From Paenibacillus allorhizosphaerae (GTDB taxonomy: Bacteria > Bacillota > Bacilli > Paenibacillales > NBRC-103111), in assembly GCF_910594985.1 (NCBI RefSeq), contig NZ_CAJVCE010000016.1, positions 97,726-161,725 on the forward strand: 64,000 nucleotides of DNA. Direction: 5' to 3'. Under the pieces are notes generated by a model that saw nothing but the letters and a program-made list of their open reading frames with translations, did no database searches and was not told the origin of the DNA. This document shows, piece after piece, positions 47,843 through 56,603 of this stretch. How positions within the stretch are numbered: position 1 is the first letter of the stretch; every line of letters begins with the position of its first letter. Both the position numbers and the translations under genes were made by a program.

Positions 47843-48949
47843 ATGCTAAAGAAAATTATCGTCAAAACCGACGAACGAGGATTGTTGTTCAAGAAAGGCA
47901 GTTATGTGATGCATCTGCAGCCGGGAATTTATCGACTCACCCCTTTATCTGACGATGCGGTCGTGCTGCTGAGCGTTTCAAAGCCTTTTACCGTACAGGG
48001 GAAAGAGCTGAACTTGTTTCTTCGGGATGAGCGGCTGCTGGAGGAGCTAACTGTTATCGATGTTCAAGATCATGAATACGTACTTCATTACGAGGATGGA
48101 AAGTTCGTCTCGCTGCTGACAGCTGGCAAATACGCATTCTGGAATGTGCTTAAGAAGCATGACTTTGTCCGGGTAGATATTCGTCAGCCGGAGGTGGGGC
48201 CAGAGGTGGATAAGGCGATCTTGCCGAAAGTAGCGGGATATTACTATACTTCCGAAGTGGCCAGCCACGAGACGGGAATGCTCTTCTACAACAACGTGAT
48301 GCAGAAGGTGCTGGCGCCGGGGAAATATTACTTCTGGAAGGGACCTGTTTTGGCGTCGCTAAAAACCGTGGATTTGCGGCAGCAGCAGCTCGATATGACC
48401 GGACAGGAGATCATGACGGAAGACAAGGTGACGCTGCGCCTGAATTTCGTCTGCCAGTATAAAATCATCAATCCGTTGCGGGCGCTGGAGATCAAGTCCT
48501 TCGAGGATCAAGTTTATATTTTGCTGCAGCTAATACTGCGTGAATATGTCGGCACACTGAAGCTTGATGACCTGCTGCGGATGAAGCAGGAAATTGCCGC
48601 ATTCGTATTATCTCGCCTGAATGAAAAGAGCGAGGACTATGGGGTTATGTTCCTTTCCGCAGGCGTCAAGGACATTATTCTTCCTGGCGATATCAAAGAG
48701 ATTCTCAACACGGTGCTGCTCGCAGAGAAGAAGGCTCAGGCGAACCTGATTACCCGCCGCGAGGAAACGGCTTCGACCCGCAGTCTGCTTAACACAGCCA
48801 AACTGATGGACGAGAATCAGACGCTGTTCCGGTTAAAAGAGCTCGAGTTCCTCGAAAAAATTTGCGAAAAAATCGGGACGATTTCGCTCACCGGCGGGGG
48901 AAATTTGCTGGAGCAGCTGAATTCTCTGCTTGGAGGAGCCAAACAATGA
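47843..48949 (+). CDS. SPFH/band-7 (stomatin/prohibitin-like) domain protein.
   Basis: ATG at 47843 after a GAGGAGG RBS. The central region is typical of SPFH domains (VTLRLNFVCQYKIINPLRALEIKSFEDQVYILLQLILREYVGTLKLDDLL). A C-terminal coiled-coil is present. Confidence 0.65.
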   Translation: MLKKIIVKTDERGLLFKKGSYVMHLQPGIYRLTPLSDDAVVLLSVSKPFTVQGKELNLFLRDERLLEELTVIDVQDHEYVLHYEDGKFVSLLTAGKYAFWNVLKKHDFVRVDIRQPEVGPEVDKAILPKVAGYYYTSEVASHETGMLFYNNVMQKVLAPGKYYFWKGPVLASLKTVDLRQQQLDMTGQEIMTEDKVTLRLNFVCQYKIINPLRALEIKSFEDQVYILLQLILREYVGTLKLDDLLRMKQEIAAFVLSRLNEKSEDYGVMFLSAGVKDIILPGDIKEILNTVLLAEKKAQANLITRREETASTRSLLNTAKLMDENQTLFRLKELEFLEKICEKIGTISLTGGGNLLEQLNSLLGGAKQ

Positions 48950-49248
48950 TCATAGGAAGTCTGAAGAACCGGGTTATAAGGAGTCCCCGGTTTTTCACGT
49001 GTTTAAATGTAAATTAGAGTGGAATGGGAATGAAAGGAGGAACATCTCCATGCTAATAAGATACATAGGCGAGAGGCTCCGATTCATACGACGATACGTA
49101 TATAAATCGAATCATATGACAAAGCGCCACTTAGTGGTAGGTGGCGCTAATTTCATTAATTGTTCGTATAATATCTGTCAAGACTGGGCAATGCGAGGAA
49201 CGATAGATAATACCAATTTTCCGAAGGCAGCGCGGGTGGGGCTTAAAA

Positions 49249-50199
49249 TTACATTGCATAATCAATTTGTGCCTTAACTGATTTCGACTTGGATAAGTCA
49301 TCTTTTGTTATTAATTTAACGGTTTTTGATTCTCCGGACCGTATATCCAATATTGCCCCTTGAGATGTCCCAACCCTCTTACCATCCTCAGCATAAAAAG
49401 TGATTGTAAATCCCATCCCCTTAACATCCTTGCCTGCATTGTTGACTTCGACAGTTGCTTCCCAACCAACTGAACTTTTCATAATTTGAAGGTCACGAAA
49501 TTCAAAATCCCTAACTCTAAACACTTCGCTTGAATTTTTTTCATCAGGATTTTGTTGTGTAGTTGGTGAGGCTTCCTGAGCTTGTTGCGAGGTCGTTGGC
49601 GATGTTGCTGCGGGAGCCGCCGCTGAAACAGCTCTGCTATTTGTTTGTTGCGTATTCGGTAATTTTGAGGACGGAACAAATTTTACAAATAATCCGAAGA
49701 GTACAAGAATCATGACACCGTATACACCTAGTACTTGTTTCCGGGAAGTTGATCCACCTGGTATGATGGACGGATTGATAACTCCGAAAAATAATTGAAC
49801 TATACCCATTAATAGCAGAGTAACAAATATAGATGATATTTTGTCATTAACCGTCGATGTGAGCAAAACTATTCCAAGCAGCACTGCTAAAGCTAGGAGA
49901 ATATATACGATCACTCTGAAGAATTTAATTAGTCCGCTTCCAGCTGATGCAGATACATTGATTTCTTTCGTCTTATATTCCGTACTAAACAATGGTTTAA
50001 GGCATTTCTTGCAGGCATTTCTTCCGGGCTCGTTAGCCGTATCGCAAAAAGAACAAATGTATAGCGTTCCCGACGTTATGCCTGCTTTAACTTTCTGCGC
50101 TGGGAAACGATCACTAAGAAGCCATGTGCCACATTGCATGCAATATTTTTGATCTTCCTCGTTCTTAGATTTGCAAACCGGACAAACGTATAAATACAA
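49249..50199 (-). CDS. Membrane protein with N-terminal tandem zinc-ribbons.
   Basis: CPVC...CMQCG and CSFC...CKKC motifs at the N-terminus. Two or three TM helices follow, then a Ser/Thr/Ala/Gln-rich linker and a C-terminal beta domain. Confidence 0.5.
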   Translation of the reverse strand: MYLYVCPVCKSKNEEDQKYCMQCGTWLLSDRFPAQKVKAGITSGTLYICSFCDTANEPGRNACKKCLKPLFSTEYKTKEINVSASAGSGLIKFFRVIVYILLALAVLLGIVLLTSTVNDKISSIFVTLLLMGIVQLFFGVINPSIIPGGSTSRKQVLGVYGVMILVLFGLFVKFVPSSKLPNTQQTNSRAVSAAAPAATSPTTSQQAQEASPTTQQNPDEKNSSEVFRVRDFEFRDLQIMKSSVGWEATVEVNNAGKDVKGMGFTITFYAEDGKRVGTSQGAILDIRSGESKTVKLITKDDLSKSKSVKAQIDYAM

Positions 50200-50650
50200 T
50201 TAACCTCCACCTCTTTTTGGATAGGTTCTATTTTGATATATAAGTAAAGCCCCCGAGGTATTTCCTCAGAGGGCTAATGCCGATACTTCCGATCACGAAA
50301 ATAATACCATGTTTATCCAAAAAACGTCAACGAGCAATTAAAAGCGATTTATACCTATAGTTAGCTTCAGGCTGCGTATTACGAGGTTTTTTTATTTTAT
50401 GATTACAACTTCTTGTCCTTTCTAAAAGACAAGAAGTTGTATTGTTTTCCAATGATGGACATAAAAATGATGTATTTTCCACGATTACAGAACAATGCAT
50501 TATTATGGGGTTATTATTCATAATTCAAAAAACTTAAAGTGTCCCGAATTTGGATTGTTATGTAATTTGCATTTGCACGGGTACTCTCAGAGGTAACTTT
50601 ATGCTTCAGCAAAATGTAAAAGTGGGAAGAAAAATACCCCTCTATGATCA

Positions 50651-51313
50651 TCATTCTTTTAATGCTTTGGCAGCATCAAGTACCCACCAAGCAATGCCCC
50701 GCTTCACAAACTCACTTTCATTTTGAAGCCCTTTTTCGATAATAAAATCATTCACCTTGTCCCGCACTTGGTACTGCACAAGTTCAAAAGCAACACCTTT
50801 GCTCTTGATCCCCAGAACTTTCGCACTCTCATCCAGCTTGACGCGATCCGCGATAGAAGTAAACAACTCCGGAAAGATCATGATTAGCATGCGATGGACA
50901 AAGAAAACAGGCTTGTTTCCCCGTGAAAAATTAAAACGATCCAGGTGCTCTATAAGTCCAACTTTCGAAATTTTAGCCGGCAGCCTGTAATCCAGTTCAG
51001 CATTTTTGCGGAGCATGAGCAGCTGCTTTAATTTTTCTTGAGTAGTTGGGTCATTCACAAAGACATTGAAATTAGCTTTGTTCATTTTAGCAACGCCTTC
51101 GGCCGAGACATCATTCGCGTTTTTATTAATCCAGTAGGGGTCGAAAATCGAAAGTGAAGTAGATTCATCCCAGTTGCTAATTTTTTGATGAATCTCGTTC
51201 AAAAACCGTGTGGCAGAAGGTTCGATATGTTCATATTCAATCTTAGATAAATCATTCTTTAGTAGTTCACGAGCCTTCTTGAGCAGTAGTGTAAGATCTA
51301 GAGTCTTAGTCAT
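50651..51313 (-). CDS. Hypothetical protein.
   Basis: Start at the second ATG (MTKTLDL...), which has a GGAGG RBS. 220 aa. No motifs recognised. Confidence 0.4.
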   Translation of the reverse strand: MTKTLDLTLLLKKARELLKNDLSKIEYEHIEPSATRFLNEIHQKISNWDESTSLSIFDPYWINKNANDVSAEGVAKMNKANFNVFVNDPTTQEKLKQLLMLRKNAELDYRLPAKISKVGLIEHLDRFNFSRGNKPVFFVHRMLIMIFPELFTSIADRVKLDESAKVLGIKSKGVAFELVQYQVRDKVNDFIIEKGLQNESEFVKRGIAWWVLDAAKALKE

Positions 51314-51843
51314 ATTTGTCCTCCATATCATTCCATCTTCATCATCTATTTATATCATGAGAATCAAAGAAAGTGATAGACAATTATAAAAAGGTAAGAG
51401 ATTTGCTTTTACAGTGGTTCGTGTTCACTTTCTTAACATTTATTAATGTGCTGTTGGTCTTAAAAATGCAGGCTTTTTCTTGTAATATGAAGAATACAGT
51501 AATCGTTCAATTCTGATTCAAGGGGGCTTCTAAATGGATGAAAGATTAGATACTAAGGATACTCATGGTACTTGGTACCAAAGCTTTATTATTACCGGAT
51601 AATTTATAAGTAAAGGTCTTCCCCCGTACTTGAAATAATATGGCAGCGCATCATTGAGAACGTCGGAAGTGAGTTTCGACAATATGCCGGTTTCCGGACC
51701 AGGAGCGTTACAAGATCTAATTGGACCATCATATTTGTTGTATGCAATCCTAACGGATCCTCGCATCTGTGCTTATTGAATCCTTGTTCAGGAGAGCAAC
51801 AAATAGAATAAATATAGACGTCTTAAGAAGGAGATAATCAAAT

Positions 51844-54096
51844 ATGCCGCTGTCGAAGATTTTAGAGAACAGTCACAGTTCTATGCCTAGTAAGGAAAAT
51901 ACGCGGGCTCGTATTCAAGGCAGAGAAGAATTTGTTAACAGGTTTCCTATGGAGCATTTAGAGGATATGACCTTAGAAGAATATGCGAGCATTCATTCCA
52001 AAGATACCTTCATCTATTGGCTGGAACGTAAGAATATCCTGGCGGGAATCGGCGGGGGTAACTCTTCAAAGTTTGGCATATATTGTGCAAAGGACGGTAA
52101 GTATTACAAGGGCTACGGTAACAAAAAAACGTTGTTAGAAGGTGTTATCTTACAGGAGGAGTTTCAAAAATTGAAGGTTCAAATTCTGACTGCTATTAGG
52201 GCCGCTAAAGATGGGCGGAATGAAGAGATCCCGACGAATGGCCTGCTGTGGGATATGGTGTTGCTAAAAATTTTAAATATTTATGTACCCGAGCATTTCT
52301 TTAATATTTATTCGAGAGCCGTACTTGTTCCATTGGCGGAGGATCTTAACTTAGACAGCAGTTTAAATTTACGGGATACCTCCGTTATTCTCATCAATGC
52401 CGAAGTCCTTAAGTTGCTTCGGGATCAGGAATCTTTCTTGGACTGGGATAACGTGGCCATTGCGACTTACCTATGGAATCAAAGTAATCTGGAGAAGAAA
52501 CGTTCCTATTGGGTGAATGGATACACCTATGGAGGCGATAATTCACAGCTGCAGCGTTTTCTGGAGAAGGGAGTCGTCGGGACGAATTATTTGGACTATG
52601 ATTTCTCCGACAGCCTGGGGCTGGATTATCGCGATCTGGATAAGATTATTGAAAGCAAAGCGACAGAGAACAAGGAACGGAGAGCATTGCAGTCTTTTCT
52701 CCGCATGCGTCAGGGGGACTATGTCGCACTAAAAGCAGCTTACCGGAAACAGGGGAGCTCGATTCTTAAAATATGCGCAATAGGAATCATTTCAGAGGAT
52801 CCTGAAGCGGGATATGATTATGATACTGAGCTAGGTCATACACTGCTAGTTGACTGGCTGGATACAGATGTCGTGGAGTACGAAGGTCTTGGATGGATGC
52901 GCGATACCGTTGTGGCCGTAAGGAAAGAGGAAGACATTAAGAAAATATTCGGTAAATTCATGGAGGAGCAGGGGCAAGACAGTTATGGAAGCCAAGAAGA
53001 TCAGAGTAAAGCAAGTATAGCATTAGCGAGACCTTTCGGTGAACGAAATCAAATTCTGTACGGTCCTCCAGGAACCGGCAAAACTTATCATGTGGTAGAC
53101 ACGGCTCTACAAATCCTTGACCCCGAGAGATATGAAGAATTGAATGAGCTGGGCAATAGGAAGATGATAAGAGATGCTTTCCGCCAATACATAAACAAAG
53201 GTCAACTGATCTTTACGACTTTCCACCCATCATACGCCTATGAGGATTTCATAGAGGGGCTGAAATCGGATGGTCATGGAGGTTTCGAACCAGCAGATGG
53301 GGTGTTCAAGCGTGCAGCTATTGAGGCGTTATTCCTCGGGCTGTCGGTTGAAACCCCAAACAAGAAGGAAATGACCTATGAAAGTAAGAAGGATCGTGTA
53401 ATGCAGGCGCTCCAGAACGGCTCGCCATTTGATTTTAGATATGCAGAGAGAATGGTGATGGTCATCGACGAAATTAACCGCGGTAACATCTCTAAGATAT
53501 TCGGAGAACTCATCACATTGCTCGAACCTGATAAAAGACTGAACGAAGACAATGAAATCATGGTTACGCTGCCGTATTCTCGAGATCGGTTTATTTTGCC
53601 TCCTAATCTGTATATTGTCGGTACGATGAATACGGCTGACCGGTCCATAGCACTGCTGGATACAGCCCTTCGACGCCGGTTTGCCTTCCGAGAAATGATG
53701 CCCGACTCCGGACTTTTGGTTAATACATTAGATGAATTGCAGTTGGATCTAATGTTGGATACTATGAATCGGCGAATTGAGGTTCTATATGATAGAGAGC
53801 ACACTATCGGACATGCCTTCTTCATAGGAGTTCAAAGTGTTGAGGACTTGATCGGGGTGTTCCAGAACAAGGTGATACCGCTGTTACAGGAGTATTTCTA
53901 TGAGGATTGGGAGAAGATTGGGCTGGTTCTCGGGGGAATAGGTCAAAATAAACAGGATCCTTATATCGTCTATAAAAATGCAAGCTCCATAAGCTCTTTA
54001 TTTAAAACGTCTTCTTCTTTAAGCCATTTCCAAGATATTGAGTTCCGCATCAAGAAGTCGTTCTCGTTGGAGGAGCTTCGAGCGATCTATGAGTAA
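51844..54096 (+). CDS. mcrB: McrB-family AAA+ GTPase with a ~380-aa N-terminal putative DNA-recognition domain.
   Basis: Walker A LYGPPGTGKTYHV. Walker B MVMVIDEINRGNISKIFGELITLLEP. The McrB signature YIVGTMNTADRSIALLDTALRRRFAF is present. Confidence 0.85.
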   Translation: MPLSKILENSHSSMPSKENTRARIQGREEFVNRFPMEHLEDMTLEEYASIHSKDTFIYWLERKNILAGIGGGNSSKFGIYCAKDGKYYKGYGNKKTLLEGVILQEEFQKLKVQILTAIRAAKDGRNEEIPTNGLLWDMVLLKILNIYVPEHFFNIYSRAVLVPLAEDLNLDSSLNLRDTSVILINAEVLKLLRDQESFLDWDNVAIATYLWNQSNLEKKRSYWVNGYTYGGDNSQLQRFLEKGVVGTNYLDYDFSDSLGLDYRDLDKIIESKATENKERRALQSFLRMRQGDYVALKAAYRKQGSSILKICAIGIISEDPEAGYDYDTELGHTLLVDWLDTDVVEYEGLGWMRDTVVAVRKEEDIKKIFGKFMEEQGQDSYGSQEDQSKASIALARPFGERNQILYGPPGTGKTYHVVDTALQILDPERYEELNELGNRKMIRDAFRQYINKGQLIFTTFHPSYAYEDFIEGLKSDGHGGFEPADGVFKRAAIEALFLGLSVETPNKKEMTYESKKDRVMQALQNGSPFDFRYAERMVMVIDEINRGNISKIFGELITLLEPDKRLNEDNEIMVTLPYSRDRFILPPNLYIVGTMNTADRSIALLDTALRRRFAFREMMPDSGLLVNTLDELQLDLMLDTMNRRIEVLYDREHTIGHAFFIGVQSVEDLIGVFQNKVIPLLQEYFYEDWEKIGLVLGGIGQNKQDPYIVYKNASSISSLFKTSSSLSHFQDIEFRIKKSFSLEELRAIYE

Positions 54097-55348
54097 TGTC
54101 GTGATAGTTCGAGAAGCGTTCGATTGGTTGGAGGTCCAGCCGGACAGCTCTTTTACAGAGGAGGATATGAAGGAGCTCATTGCCTACATGTCCAGGGTTT
54201 ATCCAAAGCTTGAGTGGTTAGAATTGGGCTTCAATCGGGTTAAATTTATCAACATTGTAGGTACGATCCGTTTATCCCGCGTACAAATTGACATTATACC
54301 AAAGCTACAGTTAGGGGAAGAAGAAGGTAGATTGGCCCTTCTAAACATGCTGGGGATATGCGGCTATGTTCCGTACACCATGGGGCCGGCATCTGCTTCA
54401 GTACAAGTGATAGAGGTGGATTTGTTGAGCTGGATTGCTGCCGGCTTCTGTATGCAATTGGAGAAGCAGCTGAAACGAGGAGTCGCGGCTGACTACGTAG
54501 AGGTGGAAGAGAATTCACTACATCTCAAGGGCAGGCTAATGATTTCGAAGCATCTGCAGCTTAATGCGGCGGATAAGACGCGGGTATATTGCAGCTTTGA
54601 TGAAAGGACCACGGCAATTCCTTTAAACCTTGTGTTCTGCAAAACTTTGGCTGTTTTGAAGCGGAAGATGTTCGATCCCGCAATTCGAAAGAAGTTACTG
54701 CAACTAAGTGGTTATCTAGAGGATCTGGATGAGCCGGGGGACATTAAAGATATGTTAAACCAGGTGCAATTCGACCGGCAGACATCAAGGTTCGAACCGG
54801 CTTTCCGTTTGGCGAAATTGATTCTATCGCAATTGTCGGTTTTACACAGGGGAACGAAAGAGGAATGCTTCTCTTTCTTGTTTGAAGTACACTCCCTCTA
54901 CGAGATGTATGTGGGCCGTGTCCTGCAGCAGATGCCACTTGGGAGTGATGCAGTGGTTTGGCTGCAGCACGACGAAGTCAAACTGTTGAAAAATGAGGAC
55001 TCGGGCCGGGATAACATTCAACTTATTCCCGATATTGTTCTGGGGGAGCGGCAGGAGAATGGGGCAGAAGTTTGGACCATAATAATGGATACGAAATGGA
55101 AGGCTGCCACAAAGTATCAGCAGGATGACATCTATCAGATGTATGCCTATGTGACAGGGTATCCGAATGCTAAAAGTGCTTTGCTCTTGTATCCCGCAAC
55201 GGATATACCTGATCCTAGCAGGAACTGGACGTTGGCAGCTGACTCTGGGAAGCGAATTCGTATGCGGACGATTCGGATTAACCATTGGAAAGATACACAG
55301 GAGGATTTACAGGGAATCTTAGAGGAAGCGGGATGGAACTTGTGTTGA
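54089..55348 (+). CDS. mcrC: McrC-family PD-(D/E)xK endonuclease subunit.
   Basis: ATG at 54089 overlaps the mcrB stop by 8 bp (MSNVVIVREAF...). The C-terminal motif is IPDIVL...IIMDTKWK (PD...D-x-K). A hairpin lies at 55414-55443. Confidence 0.8.
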   Translation: MSNVVIVREAFDWLEVQPDSSFTEEDMKELIAYMSRVYPKLEWLELGFNRVKFINIVGTIRLSRVQIDIIPKLQLGEEEGRLALLNMLGICGYVPYTMGPASASVQVIEVDLLSWIAAGFCMQLEKQLKRGVAADYVEVEENSLHLKGRLMISKHLQLNAADKTRVYCSFDERTTAIPLNLVFCKTLAVLKRKMFDPAIRKKLLQLSGYLEDLDEPGDIKDMLNQVQFDRQTSRFEPAFRLAKLILSQLSVLHRGTKEECFSFLFEVHSLYEMYVGRVLQQMPLGSDAVVWLQHDEVKLLKNEDSGRDNIQLIPDIVLGERQENGAEVWTIIMDTKWKAATKYQQDDIYQMYAYVTGYPNAKSALLLYPATDIPDPSRNWTLAADSGKRIRMRTIRINHWKDTQEDLQGILEEAGWNLC

Positions 55349-56603
55349 TGACGTTAAATCCTTCGGGCTGTTCGGAAGGAAAAAACTAAACGGTGAGCTT
55401 TACCAGGCGGCCGACCCATCGCCAAAAAAAATTTGCGATGGGTTATCGTCTGTCGGGGATAAAGTTTTTATCATTTATGGGATAATGTTCTTGTCATCCG
55501 ACAGACGACGACAACAGCAGCAGCACAGAACAGATTGAAACTTTATCATATTAACGCTTTAACGTAGACATATGTACAAAATCCGATCTTTGTGAACATG
55601 TCTTAAATTTAAGATTTTAATCATATTAAATATCTTGCCGTTTGTTGTAATTGTCCAGCTTTCGCCCGCTACTAGCGAATCTCATAGTTGATCAAATAAC
55701 TTCTTCGGTTTGGCTTAGATAATGTTTTCGTATCAACTCTCCCTAACCTGCATTTGAGTTAGATCCGGGACAAAAACACGCGACAAGAGTCGGGCTAATA
55801 TCTTTAGCATACATATATATATCGGTACTCATGTATCGGTCCGCACCTCGTTTCTCGATAATGTTTTATACCGGTCATTTTTAAATCTTTATATATTCTA
55901 ATTCTATACAAAGAGTGGTAATATAAACATATGGAACATACGTTCTAGATTCGCACGTCTTTCCTCTGTTCATGTGGTTCGTCCTTAAGTTGTTGACCAC
56001 CAAACTTTCTGACCTCTTCCCTTCCTCACTTCTATTTTCCAACGATTTCGAATCAAGCAACATGTTCCCAACAACATATACGACTCGCTCCCCTCCTATG
56101 ATTCTCGCGGTGTCTGGAAAGTAGTAGTGTCGGCGGCCAGCCCGTGCAGCTTGATCGGAACAGGATATCGACGGGCGGTTCACAATCGAGAAAGGCGAAT
56201 TCCGGCTACAAAAGACGCTATAAAAGACCACACGCTGACTGGCTGCCTACTGTCAGGCAGGACGATCAGCGGGCGCCGACACCGCCCATGCTGCAAGCAC
56301 GCTACGACCAGTTGACCACCGCGAGCGACGCTAAGCACTACGCTCCCCCGGATCAAGATAACGCCACCAGCTCCTCCCCCTCCAAGCGAAAATATCGAAC
56401 GCTTCCGTTGCGTAACGGGTTCGTACTACCCCGACGAACGCCGATCCTATGCCAGTGGCAAACCCAATGTGGAAAGGGTTCCGGCCGGGGCACGATGGCG
56501 GTCCATTACTTCAGTCTAATGCGTCTCTGCCGGCCGCGGCTTTTTCGCTTTCAAATATGTTATAATATGTAAGAACATATGTGCTTGGGAGGATGTTGAT
56601 CTA

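Noticed and set aside
48930-49277. 115-aa plus-strand ORF after the SPFH gene.
   Set aside because: It overlaps the SPFH stop and the 3' end of the convergent minus-strand membrane protein gene. It has no RBS and is probably intergenic or terminator sequence.
56144-56572. 142-aa ORF in the GC-rich block upstream of the helicase.
   Set aside because: Its translation is basic and low-complexity (RKANSGYKRRYKRPH...) and it has no RBS. It is more likely noncoding structured DNA/RNA, reported above as a finding.
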